Source: Candidatus Tepidiaquacellales bacterium OLB5 (lineage in GTDB: Bacteria; Bacteroidota; Ignavibacteria; Tepidaquicellales; OLB5). Taken from it: DNA of 45,664 nt. Both the position numbers and the translations under genes were made by a program. Shown here piece after piece: positions 21,244 to 31,840 of this stretch. The notes under the pieces are model-generated. The model worked only from the letters and a program-made list of their open reading frames with translations. It was not told the DNA's origin and did no database searches. The number at the start of each line of letters is the position of its first letter. The first letter of the stretch is position 1. The DNA lies in NCBI GenBank assembly GCA_001567545.1, contig LLZO01000003.1, positions 1 to 45,664 of the forward strand, written 5' to 3'.

Positions 21244-23371
21244 ATGGATTTAAATAATTTAAATGGCTTTTCTAATTCAACCTCAATAAATTCAGGCTCC
21301 GTAAACCTGCCTAGCTCATTTCATTCTGTTTTACTTGATCTGAAACAAATGGATAAACGGGACCTTCATGCTTTTATGAAGAAAGTTCTGTATACTGTTG
21401 CAAATGCTCTTGATATAGAAAGGGTTTCCATCTGGTTTTTTGATGAAGGACGTACTTCAATCTATTGTGATTATTTATATCTTAAAAAATTCGGAGAGTA
21501 TGTTAATGAAACCACATTGAGCGTTACAGATTTTCCGGAATATTTTAAAGCAATAGAAACCAGCCTTTTTATTGCCGCTGAAGATGCTCGTAATGATAAA
21601 TCAACTAAAGAATTATCTGAAAAATACCTTGAACCGCGAGGAATTCATTCTATGCTGGATATTCCTATATATTATAATAATGAAATTATAGGTATAATTT
21701 GTCACGAAGAGCAGGATAAAATCAGAAAATGGAAGCGTGAAGAAATTGATTTTACAGCTGCAATTTCAACACTTATTTCAACATCGCTTGAAATTGATTT
21801 CAGCAGGAACAAAGAAAAGGATTTCCTGGAAAACAGGCGGTTTCTTTCAACTTTGATAAGCAATTTGCCGGGTTATGTTTACAGGGTAGTAAAAGAAGGC
21901 GATGTATGGTCAATTCAATATATAAGCGATGGTGTCTACGATCTGACCGGCCATAAACCTGATGAACTGGTTAAAAATAAAGTCCTGTATTATGCAATGA
22001 TGGTAAATGAAACTGATAAAGCAGCAGGCAAAGAAATCATCTCAAAGGCCCTGGCAGAAAAAAAACCATACCAGATCAATTACCGTATAAGCACAGCCGG
22101 TGGTAATATTAAATGGGTATGGGAACAGGGACGCGGCGTATATAACGAAAACAATGAATTGATTGCCACTGAAGGTTTTATTACGGATATTACCGATAAA
22201 AAGATCTTTGAAGAGGAAATTTTAAGAAAAAACAATGAACTTTCAGCTCTTTATCATTTCAGCCGAACCCTGAGCAAGCTTAATGAACCGGGTATACTGC
22301 TCGAAGATATTGGCAATATGCTTGTAAAATTCTTTGACAGGGAAAATGTTTATATTGCATTGTATGATGAGAATAATTCATTAATTACTTACCCGTACTT
22401 TTACCAGAACCGGAAACTGGAAAATATTTCACCAAGGCCTTTCGGAACAGATTTCACTGAATTTATAATAAAGTCCAGAAAAAGTTTAATAATAAATGAA
22501 AACCTGAAAGAATCTCTTAAAGGGCTTGATATTAATATACTTGATTTTGAGGCAAAGTCACTTATTGCAGCTCCAATTATCACTGGCGATAAAGTATTAG
22601 GCGTTATAGTAATACAGGATTACAGGGAAGAAAATTCGTTTACTGCAGGACAGCTTGATTTTTTTAACAACAGTAAGCGCTCAGGCAGCGATAGCATTAG
22701 AAAATGCGTTTTTATATGAAGAAGTTACACGCTCTTTAAAGGAAAAAGAAATGCTGCTTCAGGAAGTACACCACAGGGTAAAAAATAACCTGCAGGTCAT
22801 TTCCAGCCTTATCAAGCTGCAGACAAGATATATAAATGAAGAGAGAATGCTGGAAATTCTTAAAGAAACAGGAAGCAGAATTCAGTCAATGGCAATTGTG
22901 CATACTAAAATTTACAATTCCAAAGATTATGAATTTATAAATTTCGGTGAATATACCAAAAACCTTATAGAAAACTTCCAGGGAAATTACAGCTACAGGC
23001 TGAGAAAAGTACAGTTTATAATTAATATTGATTCCATTAAACTGAATATAGATACGGCTATACCATGCGGTTTGATCCTTAATGAGCTTCTTTCAAATGC
23101 AGTAAAATATGCTTTCAGTGAAAACACTGAAGGTGTCATCGAAATTTCTCTGAAAAATACTGAAGCAAGAAAATTTACGCTTAATGTTAAAGATAACGGA
23201 ACTGGTACAGATGATACCGGTAAAATTACCAAATCAGATTCACTTGGCATGCAGCTGGTTAAATTGCTTACCAAACAGCTGAACGGAGAGCTTAATGTTT
23301 ATTCAGAGCCCGGAAAAGGTGTTGAATTTAAAATAGATTTTGAAGAAGCAGTATATAAATCCAGAAAATGA
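21244..23371 (+). CDS. GAF-PAS-GAF sensor histidine kinase, HisKA_2 type (apparent +1 in T7 at 22659-22665)
   Basis: GAF (SMLDIPI..GIICHE), PAS/PAC ([16 protein letters not shown]), second [26 protein letters not shown] and DNG. ATG 21244 lies after the terminator. Confidence 0.9.
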
Positions 23372-23372
23372 A

Positions 23373-23792
23373 CTATTCACCAATAATTTTCACCAGAACT
23401 CTTTTATTCCTTTTACCGTCAAATTCCCCGTAAAAGACCTGTTCCCAGGGACCAAAATCAAGCTTGCCTCCAGTAACAGCAGCTACCACTTCCCTGCCCA
23501 TTACCGAGCGTTTTAAGTGCGCATCAGCATTATCTTCACCTGTATTATTATGGTCATATTGGGAATAAGGTTTTTCAGGAGCAAGTTTTTCAAGCCATTT
23601 TTCAAAATCCCTGTGCAGCCCGCGTTCATCATCGTTGATAAAAACACTTGCGGTAATATGCATGGCATTACATAATAATATACCTTCTTTAATACCGCTT
23701 TCCTTTAAACATTTTTCTATATCCGGCGTAATATTTATATATGCCCTGCGGGAAGGAAGATTAAACCAAAGCTCTTTTCGGTATGATTTCAT
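23373..23792 (-). CDS. yjbQ: YjbQ/UPF0047 family protein
   Basis: [33 protein letters not shown]. Confidence 0.9.
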   Translation of the reverse strand: MKSYRKELWFNLPSRRAYINITPDIEKCLKESGIKEGILLCNAMHITASVFINDDERGLHRDFEKWLEKLAPEKPYSQYDHNNTGEDNADAHLKRSVMGREVVAAVTGGKLDFGPWEQVFYGEFDGKRNKRVLVKIIGE

Positions 23793-23914
23793 ATTTTTTT
23801 CATTATTTAGTCAAAATTTAACTAAATTTTCCCAAATATTAAAACGCTAATTTTTTCTGCATTTAAACAGAATTTCAGGTGATGTATTTTTGTAAAGAAA
23901 TAATTCATTCATCC

Positions 23915-25138
23915 ATGAAGAAAAACTTAGTTGTACTAGGCAGCGGATTCGGAGCTTTCAGCGTTTTAAAAGAAACAGATACAAACCTTTATAATGTAAA
24001 AATAATCAGTCCAAGAAATCATTTCCTGTTTACCTGTTTACTTCCAAGCACTACAGTTGGAACTATTGAGTTCAGAAGTATAATTGAACCTATCAGGAAC
24101 ATAAAAGATGCAGAATACATTCAGGCTTACTGCACAGGTATAAGCGAAAATAATAATTTAATTTACTGCAAAGATACCGATACAAAGAAAGAATTTGAGA
24201 TAAAGTATGACATACTGGTAATTTCTGTGGGAGAAATTACAAATTCATACAATATAGAAGGGGTAAACAAATACGCATATTTTCTGAGAGAAGTTGCTGA
24301 TGCCAGGAGAATCAGGATAAAAGTAATTGATTGTTTTGAAAATGCTTCATTGCCGGGCTTAAGTGAAGAGGAAAAGAAAAATTTCCTGAGATTTTTTGTT
24401 TGCGGCGGGGGCCCGACGGGTGTTGAATTTGCAGCTGAGCTGCATGACTTTATTGAAGAAGATGTAAGGAAAAAATACCGAGGATTTGAAAAACTTATCG
24501 AAATTATTCTTATTGAAGCCGGCGATAAGCTCCTGAATTCTTTTGATGCAAAATTAAGCGAATACACGCTAAAAATTTTCAAAAGGCAGAAAATCAACGT
24601 TAAAACAAATTCTTATATAACCAGGGTAACTGAAAATGAAATATTTGTAAATGACGGAAGCATTTATAATTACGGATTATTGGTTTGGGCAGCAGGCAAT
24701 ACTGCAACAGAGCTTATCAGGAACTCTACACTTCCGAAAAATAGCCGGAATAAGCTTATCATTGACCATTACCTGAAGGTCAACGGTTCCGCAAATGTAT
24801 ATGCATTAGGTGACTGCACTGAAATACCTGATGAACCTTTTCCGGTAACTGCACAAACAGCTCAAAGGCAGGGTAAATATCTTGGCAAGGCATTGAATAA
24901 AATTGCAAAAGGAAAAGAAATCAAACCATTTAAATATAAAGATCTGGGAATGCTTGCATATATCGGCAGCCATAAAGCGCTGGCTAATACCAACCAGTAC
25001 AAAGGGAGCGGGTTTGCTACATGGATATTCTGGCGGAGTGTTTATATAACAAAGCTTGTAAGCTTAAAGAATAAAATACTTGTGCTGTTCGACTGGTTCA
25101 AAACATTCGTTTTCGGAAGGGATGTAAGTAATTTTTAA
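23915..25138 (+). CDS. ndh: Type II NADH:quinone oxidoreductase
   Basis: LGSGFG and GGGPTGVE dinucleotide motifs, ALGDC, AQTAQRQG, GMLAYIG. ATG at 23915. Confidence 0.92.
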   Translation: MKKNLVVLGSGFGAFSVLKETDTNLYNVKIISPRNHFLFTCLLPSTTVGTIEFRSIIEPIRNIKDAEYIQAYCTGISENNNLIYCKDTDTKKEFEIKYDILVISVGEITNSYNIEGVNKYAYFLREVADARRIRIKVIDCFENASLPGLSEEEKKNFLRFFVCGGGPTGVEFAAELHDFIEEDVRKKYRGFEKLIEIILIEAGDKLLNSFDAKLSEYTLKIFKRQKINVKTNSYITRVTENEIFVNDGSIYNYGLLVWAAGNTATELIRNSTLPKNSRNKLIIDHYLKVNGSANVYALGDCTEIPDEPFPVTAQTAQRQGKYLGKALNKIAKGKEIKPFKYKDLGMLAYIGSHKALANTNQYKGSGFATWIFWRSVYITKLVSLKNKILVLFDWFKTFVFGRDVSNF

Positions 25139-26463
25139 TTGATCAATTTCATATTTTCATTTTCATCTTCATCTTCATTTGCAGCCCTGTCAATTATTCT
25201 TTGATCGATTGCTTTTGATGCTTTTGCACCCATCAATTTCAGATTTTCAGCACGGCTGATAATATTTCCCCTGCCTTCGGAAAGCTTTTTCATAGCACCT
25301 TCATAGCTTTCATTGGCTTTTTTCATTCTGGTACCTACTTCAATAAGGTCATCTACAAAACCTGATAATTTATCATAAAGTTCACCGCCTTTTTTGGCGA
25401 TTTCAAGCGCATTCCTGTTCTGTTTTTCCTGTTTCCAGATACTTGAAATAGTCCTTAAAGTAGCAAGTAATGTTGAAGGACTTACAATTACTATGTTCTT
25501 TTCGAATGCATCGTAAAACAGAGCCGGATCATTCTGCACCGCAAGCGCAAAAGCAGGTTCGATAGGAATGAACATTAAAACAAAATCCAGGCTGTTCAAA
25601 CCGTAAAGGTTCTGGTATTCTTTCGGGCTTAACCCTTTAATATGCCTTCTGATCGAATGAATGTGTTCACTGGCTGATTTTTCTTTTAATCCGTTTTCTT
25701 CAGCTGAACAATATGATTCATAGGCAGTCAGGGATACTTTAGAGTCAATTATCATGCTTTTATTATCAGGCAAATTAATAATTACATCTGGCCTTAAGTT
25801 TGAACCGTCATCTGACCTTATAGTTGACTGGATGACGAACTCCCTGCCTTTTTCCAGGCCGGATTTTTCAAGTATGCTTTCCAGTATAAATTCACCCCAG
25901 TTACCCTGTGTTTTAGTATCTCCTTTTAATGCCCGGGTAAGATTGTTGGCTTCTTCTGACATTTGTTTATTGAGCTCATGCAGGTATTTAAGCTGTTCCG
26001 CCAGGGCAGAGCGTTCTTTGGTTTCAGAAATATATACTTCATTTACCTTCTTCTCAAATTCAGAGATCCTTTCTTTTAATGGGGTTAAAATAATATCCAG
26101 GTTTTCCTTATTCTGATCAGTAAACTTCCTGCTTTTTTCTTCCAGTATTTTAGAAGCAAGGTTTTCGAATTCTTTTGTAAATTTTGACTGAAGTTCTTCT
26201 ATTTCGTTTTTCTGTTCAGCCAGCTTATTTTCCAGATTTCTGTAATCAGCTTTGGATGATGCAAGTTCATTCCCAAGCTCAATAACTTTTGCGCGTTCTG
26301 TTTCAGTTTCCCTTGCAGATTCACTTATAATCCTGTCCTTATCTATTAAAGCTTTCTCTTTTTCTTCAAGCTTTGACTCAAGGGCAGACTGCCTGCTTTT
26401 GGATATAAAATATCCAATCAATACTCCTAAAAACGCGCCTGCTATCAAAAATACTATATCCAT
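25135..26463 (-). CDS. rmuC: DNA recombination protein RmuC
   Basis: N-terminal TM helix, coiled coil, QGNWGE, RPDVIINLP, IDSKVS, DFVLMFIPIE. Confidence 0.95.
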   Translation of the reverse strand: MDIVFLIAGAFLGVLIGYFISKSRQSALESKLEEKEKALIDKDRIISESARETETERAKVIELGNELASSKADYRNLENKLAEQKNEIEELQSKFTKEFENLASKILEEKSRKFTDQNKENLDIILTPLKERISEFEKKVNEVYISETKERSALAEQLKYLHELNKQMSEEANNLTRALKGDTKTQGNWGEFILESILEKSGLEKGREFVIQSTIRSDDGSNLRPDVIINLPDNKSMIIDSKVSLTAYESYCSAEENGLKEKSASEHIHSIRRHIKGLSPKEYQNLYGLNSLDFVLMFIPIEPAFALAVQNDPALFYDAFEKNIVIVSPSTLLATLRTISSIWKQEKQNRNALEIAKKGGELYDKLSGFVDDLIEVGTRMKKANESYEGAMKKLSEGRGNIISRAENLKLMGAKASKAIDQRIIDRAANEDEDENENMKLIN

Positions 26464-27299
26464 TACCTGTTATTTTTTTTATTCCTTGCTTCTTCAAGGT
26501 ATTTTTCGACTGATGATTTTAAATTCGGGTCTAAATTCAGGCCTTTTTCCATATTAATAATTGCCAGGTCAAACTCACCTTTGTACAGGTATGCTATACC
26601 TATCCGGCAATGTGCTTCAGCAGAAAACGGGTCAAGCTCAAGTGCTTTTTTAAAGTCACTTATGGCTTCATCAAACATGTTCATTTCCCTGTAAACTGCC
26701 CCCCTGGCATTATAAACATCCACCCTGTTGGGACCCAGCTCAACAGCTTTGTTCATATCGCTTAATGCGCCTGCTGTATCGCCGGTGAACAGCCTCATAG
26801 AGCCCCTGTTCTTGTATGAATCAGTATTACCCGGGTCAATATCAATTGCTTTATTAAGGTAAGCTAAGGCTTCTGTAACTTTTCCTTCACCGTAATATAT
26901 AACTGCTATCGAATTCATAGTAACAACATCTGCGGGATTTAACTTCAGCGCTTTATTGTAATTTATCAATGCTTCATCGCCGTTTTGAAGATATACATAA
27001 GCAGTACCAAGACCGCTGTAAGCTTTATAGTTTTCAGGGTTAAGTTCACAGGCTTTCTTAAAGTCATTCAGCGCATCTTTGGGCTTTTTAAGAAAAATAT
27101 ATGCATTACCGCGGGCAATATATCCTTTTGAGCTGTCAGGGTTATACTCAATATACTTTGAAAAGCTGAAAAATGCATCGGCAAACCTGCCCTGCTGAAA
27201 ATATTCCTCCCCGGTCTTAAAAAGAATTTCGGATTCCTGCGCATATACCACAGAAACAGTGAACAATAATAACAAATAATATTTTACAATGTGTATCAT
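26463..27299 (-). CDS. Secreted TPR-repeat protein
   Basis: Signal peptide and about 7 repeats of 34 aa (A..RG....A..DF.KA.EL.P). Confidence 0.9.
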   Translation of the reverse strand: MIHIVKYYLLLLFTVSVVYAQESEILFKTGEEYFQQGRFADAFFSFSKYIEYNPDSSKGYIARGNAYIFLKKPKDALNDFKKACELNPENYKAYSGLGTAYVYLQNGDEALINYNKALKLNPADVVTMNSIAVIYYGEGKVTEALAYLNKAIDIDPGNTDSYKNRGSMRLFTGDTAGALSDMNKAVELGPNRVDVYNARGAVYREMNMFDEAISDFKKALELDPFSAEAHCRIGIAYLYKGEFDLAIINMEKGLNLDPNLKSSVEKYLEEARNKKNNR

Positions 27300-27313
27300 T
27301 AAATGATATTAAA

Positions 27314-27727
27314 TTATGCTGTTTTGGATTTAACCAGCTCACTTACGGTTCTGCCGTCATACAATCCGTTATATTTTACTTTAAAATACGGCATAATTTC
27401 TTTCATGGTTTTTCCTTCGGCAACCAGGCCTGAAACTATTTTTTCAATTTCTTCTTTAGAAAGCTGCGCTGGTAGGTATGCTTCCAGTATCTTCTTTTCT
27501 TCTGTTAGTTTTCCCCGTGCCTCTTCAGTTATATCAAAGGATAGTGTTTCATCGGCATTTTTAATGAATTTACGTATAATTTTAAATTCATCATCTTCCG
27601 TCATTTCCTTTCCGCTTTTTGATTGGGTGAAAATTTCAGCGTAAAGTGTAGATAAAAGGTTAGACTTCACTGTTTCTTTGGCAATTTTTGCCTGCTGCAT
27701 ATCCTTGCGTATTTTATCAATTAACAT
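27314..27727 (-). CDS. GatB/YqeY domain protein
   Basis: IRKDMQQA.., ILEAYLPAQLSKEEI and DGRTVS. ATG at 27727. Confidence 0.85.
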   Translation of the reverse strand: MLIDKIRKDMQQAKIAKETVKSNLLSTLYAEIFTQSKSGKEMTEDDEFKIIRKFIKNADETLSFDITEEARGKLTEEKKILEAYLPAQLSKEEIEKIVSGLVAEGKTMKEIMPYFKVKYNGLYDGRTVSELVKSKTA

Positions 27728-27869
27728 AGTAAATAACAAAATTATTTAATTTTGAACGAAATTATGTAAATTTTTGATAATTTGAACTGAAAATATTTGT
27801 ATATAAAGTATTAAAAGAACAATTCGGGGGAAAGTGTATTATATTTGTAGTACGAAAGGAGTGTTAATT

Positions 27870-29953
27870 ATGAAAAAATCAGCTCTTTTTGGCTATGTTA
27901 CCATCATCCTAACCCTGCTTTTTAATATTAATATTTATTCCAACGGAGTTTCAGTAGTAAATGCAGCGACTGGAGTTTATCTAAAACTAACTGACAGCTA
28001 TGTTCATGTTAACTGCGAAAGCCAGGTATCAATAGTAACTGCTACTCAGAAATTTTTAAATAACTTAACGGAAGACAAAAATGTCAAATATGCATTCCCG
28101 CTTCAGGATGGAGCGAGTGCTACAGGATTAAGGTGGAAAATAAACGGCATTTGGTACCAGGCTCAGATAAATCCCAGTGCGCAGGATACTGGTTTACCCG
28201 GCGGGAATATGAATGCAAATTTACGGACTCATTTAGGTTCAACACCGCTCTTTTTTACAATTCCTCAAACAGTCAAAAAAGATTCAGTACTCATTATCGA
28301 ACTTAAGTATGTTAAACTGCTTCCTTATTCATTTGGAAATGTAAATTTTTCGTATCCCAATGCATATACACTGATCCAGTCGTTGCCGCTAGCTTCACAA
28401 ATTCTTGATTTCAATCTTACATCACCAAGAACAATAGACAGTATCCGTTTATTAAGTACACACCCGGTAACAGAATTTTCTAACAATGGTAATTATGCTC
28501 ATATAAAAAGTGAGATATATGAAAGTGCAGCAACTTTGAATTATTCATTAAAGTATTCTCTTAACCTTAATCAATTGGGGCTTTATAGTTACAGTACTTT
28601 GATCCCCCAAAATCAGTTGCCTGATTCATTGGGTGGTTTTTTTACTTTTATAGCAGAGCCTGATCCTAGTGCTAATACTCAGATCATTAAAAAAAGTTTT
28701 CACATTAATAATTGACCGTTCGGGAAGCATGTCAGGCAATAAAATGATACAGGCAAAAGATGCCGCAAAATTTATTGTCAACAATCTTAATGAAGGAGAT
28801 AAATTCAACATTGTTGATTTTATGGATTATGCATATGCATTCAGGCCATACCATGTAAATTATTATCTGAATTCCAAAGATTCTGCAATTTCTTATATAA
28901 ATGCTCTGCAGGCAAATGGTTTAACTAATATTTCAGGGGCTTTCAGCCTGGCTGTTCCGCAGTTTTCTTCTGCTAATGACAGCACTGCAAATATTATCAT
29001 ATTTTTCACAGACGGACAGCCGACTGCCGGTATAACAAATACAACCCAGCTGCTTTTGCATATCAGGAATTTAATTATCAGCACAGAAACAAATATCTTT
29101 CTGTATTGTTTTGGAATTGGCTCTGATGTTAATGTACAGTTGCTTACTTTAATGGGCGCTCAGAATAACGGTTTAACAGAATTTTTGGGAAACGATGAGC
29201 TTTACAGCAGAATTACAGATTTTTTATCTCCGGATCAGGAACCCTGTTTTACTCACACCAACTATTACATTTAATCCCTCAAATGTTATTGAAGTTTATC
29301 CATCACCGCTGCCTAATCTGTATAAAGGGCAGCAGATGATCGTATCCGGAAGGTATTTACAGCCGGGTCCTGTAAACGTAACTTTAAGCGGATTTGCCTT
29401 TAACCATCCGGTTACATATCAATACAGTTTTAACAGGGTTGATAGCGCTGATTCAAGATATCAGTTTCTTACTAAGTTATGGGCTAAACAAAAAATTGAA
29501 TATCTGCTAGTTTTATATTATGCACTTAATCCAAATGACCCTGTTGCTATTGCATTAAAAAATCAAATTATTCAGATAAGTATATCTTATGGAGTACTTT
29601 CTCCATTTACAAGTTATGGCACAATTACGGGTACATCTGAAATAAATAATGAAATAACCGAAGTCTCTGAAACATATAAACTTGCCGGAAATTATCCGAA
29701 TCCATTCAACCCATCGACCAATATTAAATTAATTGTAAATAAAAATATTTTCAGAACAGCTTATATCAGAATTTACAATTCAATTGGTCAGTTAATAAAA
29801 ATTATCGAGTTCAAAATTAATGGAAAAGGTATATATGAAGTTACCTGGAACGGAGATCTTAATAACGGTCATAAAGCTGCTTCAGGAGTATATTTTTATA
29901 TTGTTGATATTGGGGATGTTTACCTGAAAAGTAAAATGGTTCTGTTAAAATAA
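27870..29953 (+). CDS. VIT-VWA (inter-alpha-trypsin-inhibitor-like) T9SS-secreted protein (apparent +1 at 28689-28695 and 29220-29225)
   Basis: Signal peptide, VIT (YAFPL), MIDAS DRSGS and FFTDG, LWA..KI and NYPNPFNP CTD. The three ORF pieces join on removing one base from each run. Confidence 0.87.
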
Positions 29954-29972
29954 TCCGGTATTAATAATTTAT

Positions 29973-30004
29973 AATGCGGTTTCAGTTTTAACTGAAACCG
30001 CATT
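29973..30004. terminator. Bidirectional intrinsic terminator
   Basis: aatgcggtttcagtt / aactgaaaccgcatt inverted repeat between convergent genes. Confidence 0.85.
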
Positions 30005-30005
30005 T

Positions 30006-30536
30006 TTACTTTACAGACTGCTGTTTCGAAAATTCTTCCCAGGCTTTTGGGGAAAAATAACTATATGATTCCCTGCGGTAATTTGCATAATATGCATAAC
30101 CCCATACAGGCGTATTTGGGTAATAATATAAATATCCTGTATTCAGATCCAATGTACTGGGAAACTCTGCAGCTGCAAAATGTTTTGGACAATATTGATT
30201 CAAAAAAGCTGCAAGTTCTGAAGTAATATTTTCAGTTATAACTAAGGGATAAACAACAAGCATAGCCCCAAATCCCAGGGGAGCCCCGGTTCTGTGCCTG
30301 TTTGCAAGGCTGAACATTTTATCACTGTATATACGAAGCTCATCACCGGTTGCACCTTCGGGCATGTATTTAGCGCACACATAACAGTCAACTTTTCCGA
30401 ATTTTGTAACCTCTACCCTGCTGCGTTTATATACTTTATCAGTACCTGCATCTTTATTAACATTTAATGTTTCAAAACCATAATACTTTAGCCAGCCTTC
30501 CAGCATTTGATAATATTTTTCAGATCTTTCAGACAT
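30006..30536 (-). CDS. Hypothetical protein
   Basis: 176-aa ORF with host-like codon usage; no family recognised. Confidence 0.75.
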   Translation of the reverse strand: MSERSEKYYQMLEGWLKYYGFETLNVNKDAGTDKVYKRSRVEVTKFGKVDCYVCAKYMPEGATGDELRIYSDKMFSLANRHRTGAPLGFGAMLVVYPLVITENITSELAAFLNQYCPKHFAAAEFPSTLDLNTGYLYYYPNTPVWGYAYYANYRRESYSYFSPKAWEEFSKQQSVK

Positions 30537-30615
30537 ATCAGTAATTTGTTAGTTTTTCAAAAATAGCTAAAATTCATTATCCTTAAAATGAAAAACATTA
30601 CATTATTCTGCAATG

Positions 30616-31677
30616 TCATCGATTTCTGATCCAAATAATTGTATCTGCATTCAGCAGCCTTAAATATGTATTTGAAGCATGTTCAAATCCTACCCAGCAA
30701 AAATATGTGCTGTCTTCGCCCGGTGAGCCGCAATTTACAGGGTCAAAAGAACCCAGTGGCTGTTTTGTTTCTACATGTTTATAAATTATGCTGTCCTTTA
30801 AATAGTCATGAGCAGTCTGGATAACTGCAGCTACCAACGGCGGTACTGTAGTGGGAATATTTTCAGATATTATATTCGGCAAACCTGCCCAGGCATAAGG
30901 TACAACATCCCTGGTATTTACACACCTGTGAGACTGGCTTCCTGTAACAAGCATTTGAGAATGATAAGAATTAACAAAATTTGTATTTCCAACAGTGGGG
31001 GCTGCAAATGTATATGTTTCAAGCTTAAAACTTGCTGTAAAACCCAAATCAAGAAACCATTTTGTTATTAGTGTCGCCATAGCTCCTCCAAGAGAGTGAC
31101 CCGTTATAAACATCTTTTGCTTTGGGGCATTAAGTGTAGTTAAATATGACTGTAAACCCATCAAAGTTACAGGGTCAGTTGTATTGAGCAAAGTATCCAA
31201 ACCTTTGTAGGAACCCAGAGCAATTGAATCCCCGTTTCCGGAAAAAGGCCATTTTTCCATATCCCATACTTCAATATCTTCTACAATATTGGCAAAGTTA
31301 AATACAGTCCCCCTGACACAAATAGCGTATTGGAGAGAATCTCCGGTAGAATCAACTGCCATATAAACCAGGTTATTTCCTGTTGGACTTATTCCCGGTC
31401 CCCAGCAAATTTTCCAGTTACCACCCGTAGCATAATTTGAGTCAGCAAGCTGAATATTGATTGAGTCCCTTATCTGAAGGGCATTAGTGCTGCCTTCGGC
31501 TACGTAGCATAAAGCTGAAAGTGTCATCATCACCCCGGCTTCGTTTTGGTCATAACCTCCGAACATAGGTGTATTAATACCGCCAATTACAGTTGTTTCA
31601 TCTCCGCAGCCGGAATATTGATATGAAATAAAAATTACAGTAATTGAAAAGAAAGCTGCCTTTAAAATATTTGACAT
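30616..31677 (-). CDS. Class 3 lipase family protein, probably exported
   Basis: CVRGT, ITGHSLGG nucleophile elbow, YTFAAPTVGN, DVVP and a late His. Confidence 0.9.
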   Translation of the reverse strand: MSNILKAAFFSITVIFISYQYSGCGDETTVIGGINTPMFGGYDQNEAGVMMTLSALCYVAEGSTNALQIRDSINIQLADSNYATGGNWKICWGPGISPTGNNLVYMAVDSTGDSLQYAICVRGTVFNFANIVEDIEVWDMEKWPFSGNGDSIALGSYKGLDTLLNTTDPVTLMGLQSYLTTLNAPKQKMFITGHSLGGAMATLITKWFLDLGFTASFKLETYTFAAPTVGNTNFVNSYHSQMLVTGSQSHRCVNTRDVVPYAWAGLPNIISENIPTTVPPLVAAVIQTAHDYLKDSIIYKHVETKQPLGSFDPVNCGSPGEDSTYFCWVGFEHASNTYLRLLNADTIIWIRNR

Positions 31678-31758
31678 TAAATTTTTATTTAAATTTTTTG
31701 ATGGATGAATAAAAAATATTATAAAAATATTTCAGATAAATCAGATTTAAGTATAAAC

Positions 31759-31801
31759 AAAAGGCTGTCATTCTACGGAGGTACGAGAATGTCAGCCTTT
31801 T
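31759..31801 (-). terminator. Intrinsic terminator
   Basis: aaaaggctgtcattct / agaatgtcagcctttt stem downstream of the 31841-33718 gene. Confidence 0.7.
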
Positions 31802-31840
31802 CTAAAGGAGGAGAAAATTCAGGAAAAATCCAGCATGATG

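Noticed and set aside
23373-23792. YjbQ as part of the thiamine cluster (E. coli YjbQ has weak thiamine-phosphate synthase activity)
   Set aside because: It is 16 kb from thiC, has no TPP riboswitch, and ThiE is already present.
16361-29953. MoxR and the VWA protein as a functional pair
   Set aside because: They are about 10 kb apart, and the VWA protein is secreted while MoxR is cytoplasmic.
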